From Vitrella brassicaformis CCMP3155 (taxonomy: Eukaryota; Protista; Chromerida): a stretch of DNA of 64,000 nt. The DNA lies in the NCBI GenBank assembly GCA_001179505.1, contig CDMY01000398.1, forward strand, positions 23,405 through 87,404, read 5' to 3'. Within the stretch, counting starts at the first letter, position 1. Every line of letters starts with the position of its first letter. The notes below the pieces were generated by a model. It was given only the letters and a program-made list of their open reading frames with translations. It ran no database searches and had not been told where the DNA came from. A program made the translations under genes and the position numbers. Below, in pieces: positions 25,600 through 39,320 of the stretch.

Positions 25600-27140
25600 A
25601 TGACTAGCACTAGGTTCCTGTCTGAAAGGGAACTGCGGACGTTCCGCACGATCAAATGCTCGCGGCTGGCAAAGGGGCGGTGCGACCTTGTGGCGGACGA
25701 GTGCTGCAAGTACTCGCACTCCACCGAGTGGACGAGACGGCGTGTGTTCTGCCACAGCAGCACCGACGCCATCAAGTACTGCCATATGCAGTGCCCAGAC
25801 GTCCAGATCGACTTCAGGAACGAGGCCATTCTGTCCAACACGTCCATTCTGTCCAATACCTGCAAGCTGCGCGCCAAATGCCCGTACTCGCACTCGGCCG
25901 GTGAGCAAGGGGACACACATGGCGGGGGCGGGAGGAAGGTGGGATGACATATGTGGATGTGCGAGTGTGTGTGTCTGCGTGCTGCAGAGGAGATATTCTA
26001 TCACCCGCTGTTTTACAAGACTCGTCCGTGCCCGTCGTACCAACTCACACGCCGCTGCACAAGGCCCTACTGCCCATTCGTCCACAGCCGCGCAGAGGAC
26101 CGCACACGTGAGTTGTCGACAAACCGACAGACACGTGACAAACCACATCACCACTCACTCTTGCGGGCATCTCTGTGCGTGTGTGTGTGTGTGTGTGCAG
26201 ACCACCCCGATCGCCAGTACAAGATGTACCTCCAGTACCACCGCAAAGACGGCATCGAGCTGCCCCCCATCGAGGGCGTCATTCGGGTCGAGGGGGGCCC
26301 CCCCACCAAACTTAAAGGCAGCAGCAACCGACAGGTGCCACCCATCCCGCAGCCCGCGACCACCACCAGACCCAGTGTGCCCCCGCCACCCGTCGCCCTC
26401 CCCATCGCACGCCAGCCCGACGACCAACTCACCAAGATACTCGACGCCCTTCGCAGCCTGCCCGACAGCGATCGTGCCGACGTGCTGCAGAACCTGGCCA
26501 ATGTGGGCCACTTACTGGAGGAGGCCACACCGGCGTCAACCCACGCGTCTCCTGCCACCCCCATGTCACTCGCAGACACTGAGCTGGTTCCTCTGGAGTC
26601 GACGGCGCGCCCCCCCTTGGTGGTCAGCAACATTGAGGAGGCGACGGCGGCGCTGCACGCCCTGTTGCGATACTTCGAACACGCCGACGACCAGAGCACC
26701 AAGGCCCTGCAACCCACCATCCTCGAGACGGCCCTGCCCATCGTGTTGGACTCGCTGAGCAAGCACCCGATACCCACGGCCGGTCGCACCAGCAGCCAGG
26801 GCGGCTTCACACCCCCGCCCCCACCGCCTCCCGCCGCACTGCCATCGCCGACACACATCGTGACCGTGCCCAGCCCGCATGACGAGGTGAACAGCGGTCG
26901 TGTGCAGATGGGCATGGGAAGGGGAGTGGGCTTCACCATCAGCAGCGACCTCTCTGCCGTCGTGCAGGGTGAGCAGGGGGGATGCGTGGGGTTGAAGAGG
27001 CCGGTGTAATGTGTGTTTTGTTGGTGTGATGGATGGCTCAGCTTCGTCCAGCTGGTCTCGTTCTGGCTTGTCGGCGCCGTCATTCTGCTTCCCACAGGCA
27101 GCGCCCAGGGGTCTGCTCGACGAGGAGGGGGGGCTCTGAG
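25600..27140 (+). CDS. Unkempt-like multi-CCCH zinc-finger RNA-binding protein with Pro-rich C-terminus
   Basis: FRTIKC..C..CKYSHSTEWTRR, CKLRAKCPYSHSA|EEIFYHPLFYKTRPCPSY..CTRPYCPFVHSRAEDR match the Unkempt-type finger arrangement; end is 27009 or about 27137 if the last intron is used. Confidence 0.85.
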
Positions 27141-28834
27141 AGAAAGGCCAAGGACGCAATAAACGACATGGGAGACGGAGGAGGGTGGGGATCCTGACTG
27201 ACCTGCATGCTTGCACACATACAACACACTGACTGACTCAGTGCAGACCTCTACGGCGCGTGAGTCTTTTGATTAGGGGGGAGAGAGCGGAAAGGGTCGG
27301 TGGGTGGACCGACTTACTCCTTGGTGACTTATTCCTTGGCTGCCGTGTCGTACCTTTGTTGTATGTGCCGTGTTGTGCTGTGTCGCCTCTTCGCACCGCC
27401 ATACCTCTATTTAAGCGACGTATATGGGAGGGCGGGGGCGGCGACTTTGATGCATGTGTATGCGGGATTTGTGCTTTCTTTTTCGCCGCCGCACCCGCGC
27501 AGCCAGCCGGTTGATTCATCAACGGCATTCGGTGTGCTAGTCAATGTAATGCATGTGTGGGTGCGTATGTCTGACTCGCGTCTGGCCATGTGTGTCCGTG
27601 TGTCTATGTATGTATGTGTGTGTGTGTCCCTGCGAGCGCTTCAGGGCGAAACGGGGGAAGACAGAGGGGGAAGACAGCCTTCTTTGGGCCTTTCCCTTCT
27701 GCCCTCCTTGTCTGTCCTTCGCGTGGGCTGAAGAGCTAAAGAGGAGGGTTGGTTTCCGACACAAGAAGCGACACGCAAAGAAAGAGACTCGCCAAACTAC
27801 CGAATCGCGTCCGCATCTGTCGTTTTGTGAGTGCCGAATTCTCTCTGTAGTCCATCCATGCCGTGTGTGTGCAAGAGAGTTACCGACTCAGTGACCTACT
27901 AGTTGCCTTCCAGCCGTCTTACTGCCTTACTGTCTTGCCATGCCTTACCTGGTCTTGCGCTCTCTAGGGTGTCTGGGTGCGTGTCGCCTCCCTGCCTGCC
28001 TGCCTGCCTGCCTTGTGACTGATTGATTGCTGCTGCCCATTGTGTGAGGCTGCCTGAGAGATGTGTCGTACGACAGTGACATAGCAGATACACGTGTGTG
28101 TGTCGGCATGAAGCTTCTTGGTCTCTTCTCGTCTCCCTCCCCACACTCGTCTCCCTCCCAGTAATGTTCGCCGTACGCTCCCTCCCTCCCTCCCTCTCTC
28201 TCTCTCCCTTCGCCATCCACACCTGCGCATGCTCTTCCGTCTCCCCCTGGTGTCCTCTCTCTCTTGTCTGTGTGTGTGTCCATGAAGTGACAGAGACCTG
28301 AGAGAGCCCACCCGTCCCCCCGTGTGGGTGCATGCATAGGATTTAGCCACCCCGCGCCAACCCCCCGCCACTCACTGACTACTCGCTACTCACAACCACG
28401 GAAGCAATTCGTCCTCTCTCTCCCCCTTTGTGGCGATCAATTGTTTGTTTGTCGGCCGCAGCAGGAGGACTGATGTCTTTCTGCAGAGAGACACGTAAGA
28501 GTGATACGGACTTAGTAGAGGTGGGTATGAAAGCCGTGAGATATTCGGCATGCACCGTATTACAATGAGAATTGCTTCCTGTACTACTCTTAATGACATT
28601 AGCCATTAGCCCTGAATCCTTCGTCTGCCTGCCTGCCTGCCTGGCTGCCTGTCTTACCAGATTTTCAAGCCGTATGCGACCAACTCACCAGATTTTTGCA
28701 ACACCACAGCGAGCGGGCAATTTGCCAGTCCCTATGCGCGCGCGCGTGTGTAAGGTTGGCCGTGTGACGTCGTGCCCAGCCTCGTTTACTGTTGCATGAG
28801 AAAGTGCCCTTCGCAGTCTGCATGTCTCTCTCTC

Positions 28835-28865
<31 letters not shown>

Positions 28866-29389
28866 CCTCCTCCCTGTTGGATGATATGCGTCGAGTGAAG
28901 GGGAAGGGTGACGAAACGAGCCCAAGACAAGACAAGACAAGACCAGCAGAGGTGATGCTTTACGTGGATGCCCCTGCCCCCTACAGAGAAGGTGTCTCTC
29001 GACTTTGTATGACGGCAGTGTTTTGTCGGACAAACAGGCAGGTAGAGACAGTTAGGAGATCTCGGTCGGCCAACGGACATGCCGCAGCAGAGACACTGGA
29101 GACATAAACATCCTGGACAGGTGCAGAAAAACTAATCGACGTGAACATTCAGCCGCGTTCGTCCAACGTATGCATTCACACACCCCTACACACATCTGAT
29201 TCACAAGTAGACGTCTTCCTCGTATGTTCACATTCGAGTAGACATAGCATTGTACGGGCGCGAGGGCCTTAACTCAAAATCGGCTTCGATTCATCTTCTG
29301 CCCCGAGGATCTACTGGATGGCAGATATCTGCCGCACAAAGCGCGTGTAGGCGAATGAAGGCAGGATAGTCCTCCAGGGCCACGTTGAA

Positions 29390-31396
29390 ATGGCTGATGA
29401 AGGCAGTGATGATGACCACACCAACGGAGAGCGGCTGATAGAGAACACACCGATCTCCATCGGCAGGAGAGTCCGCAGCCACCCCCTGTTCCGATCCCAC
29501 AACTGGCGCAGCATGCTTCTGACACCGTGGAGAAGGCGAAAGGACCTCGCGAGAAGCGAGGCTCCCTCACCAGACATCTCACGGCAGCCCTCGTCAGGAT
29601 CCGGCTCGTGGACAGCTCTGTCCGAATCGGTGCCGCACGCGGCGAGCCAGAGCACCGTGGCGAGTAGGATGGCGGCTGGCCGTGGGCGTGGTCGGAGGGA
29701 AGGGGACAGACACATGCATGTGTGTGCGCGGCCGGGAAACGTGCTGGAGGCTGCCAAGCGGGGGGAGGCCGAGTGGGTGGCGGCGCTGATTGAGGCGGGA
29801 GCCGACACCAACCAGCTGGACAATGTATGTAGACAAACACGTAACCACGATACACACACACACACACACGCGTGCATACACGCACACACAGAGAGAGAGA
29901 GAGACCGTGGACGGCTGTGCCTGCTTGTCTTGTATGTGTATGCGTGTGTGTGTGTGTGATCGATCCCGTAGAGCGGGTGGACGCCGCTGATGTGGGCGTG
30001 CGTCCGGCGGCACATCAATGTGGGGTTCCTACTCATCCGAGCGGGGGCCCACCTCGCCCACAGGGCAGACGTACGTACGCCACGCCCACACACATACACA
30101 TACACAGACAGACAGATAGACAGATAGATGTCCACGCACAGCCAGACAAGTTCGCTGCATGCCTGCCTGCCTGCCTGCCTGCCTGGCTGCCTGGCTGGCT
30201 GGCTGGCCTTGTTGTGGCTTTGTTGTGGGTGGCTTTGTAGTCTGGTTGGACGGCCCTCCACACAGCTGCTTACGTACGTGGCAAAGATACACACACACAC
30301 ACACACACACACAGTCGACACACGCCACACAACGTTCACGCTCAGAGCACAGGCGGTGTGCGTCAGTCACTGTATACGTGGCTGCGCCGTGCAGAGTGGA
30401 TCGCTGGAGCTGATACGGCTGCTCGTCACGTCAGGGGCGTCTGTGCATGCTACCGAGAAGGTCCGAAGGAATGCAATCGATGGATGGATGGATGGCCTTG
30501 CACTCACACCACTGGTCTGGTCTGGTCTGGTGTATGATATGATTTCCTCTGTCAGCGTCGGCGCACCCCACTGCACTTGGCGGCTTCCTCTGGCCAGGGC
30601 AATGCCGTCCGCCAGCTCGTCAGATTCGGCGCGAGACCACACGCCCGAGATGATGTAGGCACACACACACGTGAGATGCGCAGCTGGATGGATGGATGGA
30701 TTGACGCGGCTTTGTTGCATTCGACGTGTCTGTGTGTCAATCAGAACGGGTGGACGCCTCTGCACCTGGCTGTGCACCGGCAGCGAGTCGACGCGGCCAC
30801 AGCGCTGCTGGACAGCGGAGCCGATGCAAATGCCGTCACAAATGTGGGCGAGCGCATCCGTCACGCATTCGCATGGAACGCGCGACATGCTGCTCCTGTC
30901 TCTCTCTGTGTGTGTGTGTGCAGCACCAGCTCACGGCTCTCCACACTGCCGCCAGCCTTGAGAATGACGAGCTCGTCGACCTGCTGCTGGCACATGGGGC
31001 CAGGATTGACGTCAACAACGCGGTGGGCGAGTGAGATGCCTGCATGTCGGTCGGCACATCTGTGTGTGTGTCGGTGGATGTCTGCCTGCCTGTCTGTGTC
31101 AACTCACAGGATCTGAAGACGCCCGTCGACACCGCCGGCAATCTCACGCTGAGACGGCGGCTGATCGTGAGCACACAGTCAACAAACAGCATTCATTTCC
31201 ACACATCAATCCACACACAGCGATCTGTGCAATCAATGGCCCCCTATGTGTGTGTGTGTGTCAGACGGCAGGTCGGTACCAGCGCCGCGAGGTGCTGTTT
31301 TGGGTCATGGCCAAGGGCGACCCATCACACCCCTTGGTCGCCTTCATGGCCGACAACGCACAGTGGCTTAGGCAGCGAGTGGCCGCCTTCTTGTAA
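29390..31396 (+). CDS. Ankyrin-repeat protein, roughly one repeat per exon
   Basis: GWTPLMWA, RTPLHLAASSGQGNAVRQLVRFGA, NGWTPLHLAV..ALLDSGADANA, TALHTAASLENDELVDLLLAHGA. Confidence 0.9.
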
Positions 31397-31775
31397 CATA
31401 TGAACGTGTGTGAGTGTGTGGGATGAGGAGGTCTTTGTCGGTGAATGAATGAGCCGCTGAATGAATGAATGGATGGAGAGCTCCATCGGGCAATGCAATC
31501 AAGGGTCCTTGTTTTGTTTTCCGATGACTGACACATGTCAGTCAGTCATTGCCTGGTTGGTTGTGGTTTGGTTGTGTTGTGCCTGCCTGCCTGCCTGCCT
31601 GGCCGACTGTTTGTTTGGCAACACGCCATGGAGGAATGAACGGACGAATGTATGTCGTATGCGTTTGTTTGCCTATGTATGGCCGCGTGACAAACAGTTG
31701 ACGCTTGTGGATGATGTTCGACCGTGCCTGCGAGCTCAAATGCTGTGTCGATCACAGATCTGATTCATTCATTCA

Positions 31776-34409
31776 ATGTCGTCCATCTACCCACCATCGT
31801 TCCCTCGACGCCTCGTCGGCAACTTCGGCCGCGTTGTCGGACTTGCAGGCATCACTCTCGGCGCGACCTGCACAGGTGTGGGGATTGTGGCCTACACGGA
31901 CCAGGGAGCGAGGCGCAACGCCTACTTCTGGGCCAGGGCCTTCCCTGTCTACATACACTACAGGTCAGTAAGAGCGTGTGTGTGTGTGTGGATCTGTGCT
32001 GGTGGGTGTGAATGTTGACTGGGTGTCACACAGGTGGACGGAGTGGCTGGTCAAGGACCTGTCAGAGGAGGAGCAAAATCGACGATACGATGCGCTGCAC
32101 GAGGTACCAGGGGTGGCTGGACACACACACAGTGTCACACCTTCCCCCGCACCACAGCAGATCTCACTCTCTGTGCGTGTACTGCAGCTGCACGCGCCGA
32201 GGATGGAGGGTATAGCTCGTCACCTGAAGGGCTTCTACATCAAGCTCGGCCAGCTCGGCAGCACACGAACAGACTTCCTCGCAGAGTACCTGCCTACTCG
32301 TACCCTGCCCTCGCACCCACCCACTCTCTCTCTCTCTCTGTGTGTGTGTGCAGGCCTTATCTGAAGGTATGTGAGCGGCTGCAGGACGACTGCCCCACCG
32401 AGCCGTTCGAGCGGATCGTGGACATCATCGAGAACAGCCTCGGTCGGACACACACTGATTGGTTGGCTCATCTCCATATGCAATGCCCTCTCCCTCCCTG
32501 TTTCTGTGTGTGTGTGCAGGCAAGAAGGTTGGTGAGGTGTTCCGTCACGTTGACCACAAGCCGCTGGGGTCAGCGTCGATCGGCCAGGTCCATAAGTAAG
32601 GACACACTTGCACACCAGACAGACATCCGCTGAAGGCAGACAGACATGTGCATATCGATGGTGTGTGTGTGTCTGTGTGGTGCGCAGGGCGGAATTGCTT
32701 GACGGTACCCCGGTTGTGGTCAAGGTGCAGTTCCCCGATGCTGAGAGGATGTTCCGCATCGACATCAAGACTGCCCAGGACTTCTGCAGGCTCGTGCAGC
32801 CCGACCACCTGCCCTTCCTCAAAGGTGCATGGCCTGGCTGCCGAGCGTACGACACACCAGCCACACTACACATCACATACACACCTGTCTGTCTGTCTGT
32901 CTGTTTAGAGGTGGAGAAGCAGTTCATGACAGAGTTCGACTACCGTCGAGAGGCCGAGAACCTGGATGAGATCGCCGACAACGTGCTGCCTGTGTGGGGG
33001 AGGAAGGTGGTTATTCCCAGGCCGTTCAAACACCTCTGCACACGGTACGGTGCGGGGCGGTGGGCAGGACACAACACTTGCGTGCGCACATACCCCCAGC
33101 TGTGTGTCTATGATACTTTTACGTGTCCAGGGAGGTGCTGGTGATGGAATACGTCCCTGGCACGAAACTTGCCGACGCCATCAAAAGGTCCACACGCGAT
33201 GCGACACACACTCAACCATCCTAGACACATACAGGTGTATGTGCGTGTGTGTGTGTGTGTGTGCGTGTGTGTGTGCGTGTGTGCGTGTGTGTGTGCGTGT
33301 GTGCGTGTGTGCGTGTGTGTGCGTGTGTGTGTGTGTGCGTGTGTGTGTGTGCGTGTGCGTGTGTGTGCGTGTGCGTGTGTGTGTGTGTGTGCGTGTGTGT
33401 GTGTGTGTGCGTGTGTGTGTGTCAGGCAGTACACACACATAGCTGCTTCGCGCAACATGACGCTGCAAGAACTGATCGAGGAGCAGGACCGTATCGACAG
33501 GCAAGCAGGGCAGGCGCCACACACGTGTGGACCCACATGGATACGTCTGTCTGTACCATGCTCTCTCTCAGGGAGCGTGAGTCGAAGGGCCTGGAGAGAG
33601 AGGTCGGCCCAAGTGCCCTTCAATACGCCCTCTGGCAAACACAGGTTGGTACACCCACCCCCACTTTATGCCATCGTCTCTCTCTCTGTGTCTGTATGTG
33701 TGTGTGTGTGTCAGGTTGTGTTGCGCAACGCGGCGATGGGTGTGTGTGTGGCGGCCTACAACTGGACCGTCGGCTGGGTGCTGTCGGCCCTCACGCCCTC
33801 TTCTTGGGGGTTTGAGGGGATTGCCAAGATACCTCCCGCAATCAGCGGATTCCATGTGTGTAACTAACTGGCTGACACGACGAAGAGAGAGAGAGAGAGA
33901 GATCGTCCCGTCGTAGCACTGGTGTCGACTCGACTCGTGTGTGTGTACGTGTGTGGCTTAGAGGGAGGAGATGCCGATAAACATCCCTCAGATATTGGAT
34001 GTGCTGATGAAGGTCCATGGACACGAGCTCTTCCACGACGGGGCATTCAACGGAGGTCAGCACAACATTGCAGTGCATCCATATGTATGTCTGTGCCATG
34101 CATCTGCACTGCCTATGGCGTCTTTGGACGGACGGTGTGATTGTGTTGTATGTGTCGCAGATCCGCACCCTGGCAACATTCTGCTGACGCCTGACGGCAA
34201 GCTGGGCCTCATCGACTACGGACAAGTCCGCACACGCGCATACGAATGGATGGATGGCTGCATCGCGCTCGCCCACACAGGTTGTGTTGTGTTGTGTGTG
34301 TGTGTGTGAATATGTGCAGGTCAAGCACATCACTCGCGAGCAGCGTCTGAACCTGGCCCACCTCGTTGTCGCCCTTGCCGAGAAGAACTACCCACAGGCG
34401 GCAAAGGTG

Positions 34410-34440
<31 letters not shown>

Positions 34441-34938
34441 CATGAATGACGCACTTGGGCGCCGAAGCTGATGCATGCATTACCTCATCAGGTGTTGACC
34501 GAGAAGGTAGGTCTGAAGACCAAGAACAGCGATGAGCGTACACTTGCCCTCCGGGCGCGGATGCTCTTCGACCGAGACGACAAAACCGTCACCGGCGGAA
34601 TGAACGCTCAGGCATGTACCCACACACACGCACACACACACATTGAAGAGTATCTGTCCTATCTATGCCCCGTTTGTGTGGTGTGTGGCCAACCAACCGA
34701 CCACCAGGCGTTCTTCGAGTCTCTCGAGAGGGAAGACCCCCTGGTACACATGCCCGACGACTACGTCATGGCGTGGCGTCTGTCGCTGCTGATGCGTGGG
34801 ATGGGGTGGGCGCTGCGGTACCCCATCTCGACGGCTGAGGGATGGTACCCCATCGCCAAACGGCTCATCGAAGACCAAGACAGAGAGGGGAAGGGCAAAG
34901 GCAGAGGCAAAAGGAAGAAGGCCAAGACGAAGACGTGA
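31776..34938 (+). CDS. ABC1/UbiB (ADCK/aarF) atypical protein kinase
   Basis: [76 protein letters not shown]. Confidence 0.93.
33239..33423. repeat. Long compound (GT)n/(GC) microsatellite at the 3' end of an ABC1 kinase intron
   Basis: About 185 nt of gtgtgtgcgtgt units ending directly in ..gtgtcag. Confidence 0.95.
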
Positions 34939-35307
34939 CGCCGGATGACAGACAGACGACAGTCAGCCGAGATGAGTGTGTGGTTGTGTGCGGGTGGGTG
35001 GGTCAGCTGAGCTCAGCAGCGAAGACGATCGAGGTCATTTTATCTGTGGGTGTGTTGGCCTGTGGTGTGTGATTTATGAGGTGCTTGCTTTGCTGATGTC
35101 GATAATGCAGAGATAGAGAGAGACGTCCGCCATGTTATGTACACACACAGTCATTTGTCCGTCCGTCCGACTCGATTAGAGGTATACTTAGGGCTCGGAT
35201 GAGCCGGAGGAGGACAAGCTGACGCCTCATCTGTGCGAAATCCAACAGGAAAAACGGCAAATTTACAGACCTGTACGGTCGCGCGAAGGGTCCTCTTTGG
35301 AGATGAC

Positions 35308-38179
35308 ATGACACCTCATCTGGCATCGGAGGCGCGTGCACGTTGGCCTTTCCTGCCCAATTTTCGGCTTCTGCGAGCAGTGCTCATCATGGCGGTCGGC
35401 ATCTCTGCCGTCATGGCCAGCGGTGACGAAGACACACACACGAACAGGGGACAGACGAAGGGGGTGGAGAACGATACTCTGAGCTCTGGTAGGCACCATT
35501 CTGACGCCCACCTCCTCCCGTCACCCTGTGTGTGATGGCGTGTCTGTCAGGGAAGCACACCATGGACGACCGGTCCACGTATGCGCAGCTGATGGAGGCC
35601 CTGTCAGCCGGCCAGCGTCACGTCAACGCGTCGACGTATGCGCAGCTGGTGGACGCCGTCAAGGAGCGTCGTTCGCTGCAGGCCGCCTTCGATGGCTTCG
35701 ACGACCTCCCCGAGCTCGACTTAGTCTCGTTAGCTCGGGTGATATTCCAAGACCAGGGCTTCATCAACGTCGCCGCAGATGGGCCTTACAGGGTATGTGC
35801 AACGCGGGAGGCCGACATAAGACGCAGGAGGGCTCGTAGTACACGTATACGTGTGGGTGCCGGGTGTTTGGTTCATTCAGATCATCGACGTGCTGAATGA
35901 CAAGCTGTTCCGGGAGGGAGTGCGGCTGAGGGATGCACGCACTGACCTGGGCGAGGACCTGCTCGGGCCCATCACTGGTGTGCTGGACCGGGCCATCGAG
36001 TCACAGAACATACTCCTCAACGGTCGGCAGACACTTCACTCACACACACAGAGGAGAGGGATGTGTGGGTTGGGCTCATGCAGGGACGAAGCAGGCCAAG
36101 ACTGATGCGCTGGTAGAGTTCTTCAACCCTGCCCGTCCAGCCCCACCACCAGAAGAACCAGAGGAGCCGACGTTCCCTTTTACTTCCCGACCACCCGCAA
36201 CCACACCCGAGCCAACAACCCCAACACCCGACGATGGAGCTGTTGAATTTGAATTCCCAGGTACGTACGCGGACCACACACAGAGAGAACTGGATGATCG
36301 CTGCTTCGTATCAAATAATCAGAGTGCGTCATCGTGACGAAGGTGTCTCGCTCGTGCTCCGACAAGTACTACGAGTGCTTCGCGGGCTACGACCCATTCG
36401 GCTACCGTTCGTACGACTTCGACGGCGGCCTGGGGCTGGCGGGGGAAGGGGAGCTCATGCAGCCTGGCATCGACGCAGAGCTCTGCTTGCCAAAGGAGTT
36501 TGGGCCGGACGACGACAAGGACGTTTTCTTGCCACCGGTGAGGAGGAACGCACAGACAGCTCCAGATACATATAGTGTATACTCATGAGAGGTGGGGGAT
36601 GGGTATTGGTACGTATGTGTGTGTGTGTAGGATGGGGTGGGGCGGATTCTGCGATTGGTGAGGTTCGACGAGGAGACCGACAGCGACGACGACGGCATCA
36701 AGGAATGCGATGAGTCCTTCCGTTCTTCAGCAGATCCGGAGGGCAACGAGACGCTTGCGTGCCAGGAGAAGTTTCCCATCTACGGCGGCTCGTCGCTGTT
36801 CAACGACCCCCTGTTCGGCCTCACCAACACCTTCAGGACGTTCCTCTACCTCACCAAACAGGAAGTGCCCACCATGCTCGAGGAGGCAAGTCTACACACA
36901 CACCCACGTAAACACATACGCACACGGATACACACGTGCCTGTGTGTGTGTGTGTGTGTGTGTCTGGATGGATGGCTGGATGGATAGCTTCTGGGTATTG
37001 CGATCGAGAAGGGCGTCCTGACGGTCTTCCTGGAGCTGATAGAGAAGGCCAAGGAGCTCGACTTTATGAAGAAGTGGGAGGGCATCGACTGGAAGAAGGA
37101 TAAGAAGGGCAAGGACAAGGGCAAGGGCAAAGACAAGGGCGACAGGGGGGGAGGAGACGACGATAAGGCAGACGATGACCTGGATGACGACGACACAGAC
37201 GATGGTGACGATGATAGCGACGACGACGAGGACGTGCCTGAGGGCGGCCACGTTGTCGATCCCTTCGGCTCGTACTTCATCATGGTTTTTGAATTCCCCA
37301 ACTTCACCGTAAGCCTGCACACGCAGCGCACACGCACCACAGGAAATGGATACCACATCAAGGCCCAATAATGTGTGTGTGTGCAGGGGCCGGCAGGCGA
37401 GAATAAGTCTGGGCGCAACACGTCGTTTCTCTTTTCGCTGGGCGACGCGCCGCCCGGCCTGTGCACCGAGAATGCCGAGGGCATCCCCGGCAGGCCCGAG
37501 ACACGATACCCCGAGTGCGCATCCACCAGCAAGGGCGCGAAATGGGCGCTTGCGAGAAGGCTGGCCACCGATCAGCCTATCGCCTGCAATGGTCCGTCTG
37601 TCTCTCTGTCCGTGAGGGGGCGTGTGCGATGTGTGGTACCATCATGATGGGTTCTTCTCTCTCTCTGTGTGTGTGTGTGCCTATATGCAGGCTTCATGGT
37701 GGACGAGAACCTCTGCATCTTCGACATTGAGATAGAGGCAAGCAGAGGACGAGGCGGCAGCAGCACACACACGGGAGAACCAATGCCGAGCATGTCTCTC
37801 TGTTTGGGTGTGTGTGTGCAGTTTACGGCTTTCCCGAAGGGAGTGGAGTGTCTGGATAACTGCGAGGATTTGGTGCTGACGGACATCGCCATCTTGACGC
37901 GCACATCCATCCAGGAGGGCGACACCGAAGGTGTCTTCGACCAAGCCGCCATAGCAACAGGGGGCGGAGATGATGAACCACAACCACCTAGCGGCGGCGG
38001 CGAGTACGCACAGGCACCACACGCACACAAATTACCCGTGTTTCTCTCTCTGTATGTCTGTCGTCAGAGCGCCGCCGACGTCAGACTCTCGGGGAGCGAG
38101 GCGGTCTCATTCGTCGCCCTCGTCTGCTGCAAGTTGGGAGCCGACCCTGGCAGTCAGCTCGTTGGGCGGCGTCAAGTGA
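35308..38179 (+). CDS. Secreted Cys-containing protein of unknown function with Pro/Thr-rich and Lys-then-Asp-rich low-complexity tracts
   Basis: Signal-like LLRAVLIMAVGISAVMA; in-frame exons such as SCSDKYYECFAGYDPFGY, CQEKFPIYGG, KKDKKGKDKGKG..DDDLDDDDTDDGDDD and CLDNCEDLV; GT-AG junctions. Confidence 0.75.
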
Positions 38180-38926
38180 CCGAGAATTCACACACACACA
38201 TGCTAGCTAGAGGGGTATGTGCGTGTGGACATGCAAACCCACACCAGTGCGTGTGTGGGTGTGGTGTGGTGTGCCATACGTAAAGTAGCTGTTAATACAG
38301 GTAATGAGGTTTGCTTACTCTGTGGGGTGGGATGGGTGGGGTGGGTGCGTAGCTGCTGCAATCAATGTGTTGTGCGTATCTGCACACGAAACGATGGCCA
38401 GATGCTCTCTCTTTATTTGTCTGCGAAATTGATTGGTCGATGCGGACAGACAGACATCGATGGATGCATGGATGGATGAGACTCAACTGAGTGAGTGAGT
38501 ACTCTGTGTCTGCGGCATACATATATATATATTTATTCACCCACAATGCAATCTATGCCTCTGTCTGTCTCGTTCTTTCTCGACCACTCTCACTCTGTCT
38601 GATGCAGACAGAGTTCACTCGCTGCCCTTAAGTGTTCATCAGACACTCGGCACTGACGTGCCAATGGGATGACTCCCGTCAGCCATCCATCGAAACGTCA
38701 GACAGGAGTGTGCGATGGACACTGAAGCCGAGACGTGCCAGCTACCACGAGCGATACCATCACGTCACTCAGGGAGCCATGAATCGACCCACAAACTACC
38801 GACGCTGCTGACGAACATGTAGGTATCTCTCTCTTGTGTCTAGTGCCGACACAGCTGATCTGATCTATACACACTCTCACACACTCGCCCAGCCGCCCAA
38901 CCACCTTCACCCGTGCCTGTGTGCTA

Positions 38927-39284
38927 TCAGCCGCCATCACTTTGCTGTTTGTCGTTGGTCTCTCGTGGTGGCGGTGGTGGCGGTGGCTGCCTGACGCGCA
39001 CCACCTCCAGGTCCAGCACCACCTGCCCTGCCACATCAATGCCCAACGCCTGACTCTCCCTGTCCAGCCACATACCACACACATAAAGACACACACGCGT
39101 ATGACAGCACTGACTGCCAATCCAATCCAATATATTCATTGGTGCATCGGCAATTCAATCCGTGTTGACCTGTCGACCCTGACGGCGTTGAAGACGGTCG
39201 AGTAGAGGCGCCTCCTCTGGCTGTCAGAACTGGGGAACGGACCCACATTCTCACTCGTGTAGCTGATCAGACCGGCAGACCAGG

Positions 39285-39320
<36 letters not shown>

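Noticed and set aside
26148-27227. 359-aa minus-strand ORF and similar long antisense ORFs (for example 46118-46924, 52876-53793)
   Set aside because: Shadow frames of GC-rich real exons with no independent motifs.
33108-33867. Long His/Thr-rich and Cys/Val-rich ORFs here and throughout the ORF track
   Set aside because: They are translations of (CA)n/(TG)n intronic microsatellites, not proteins.
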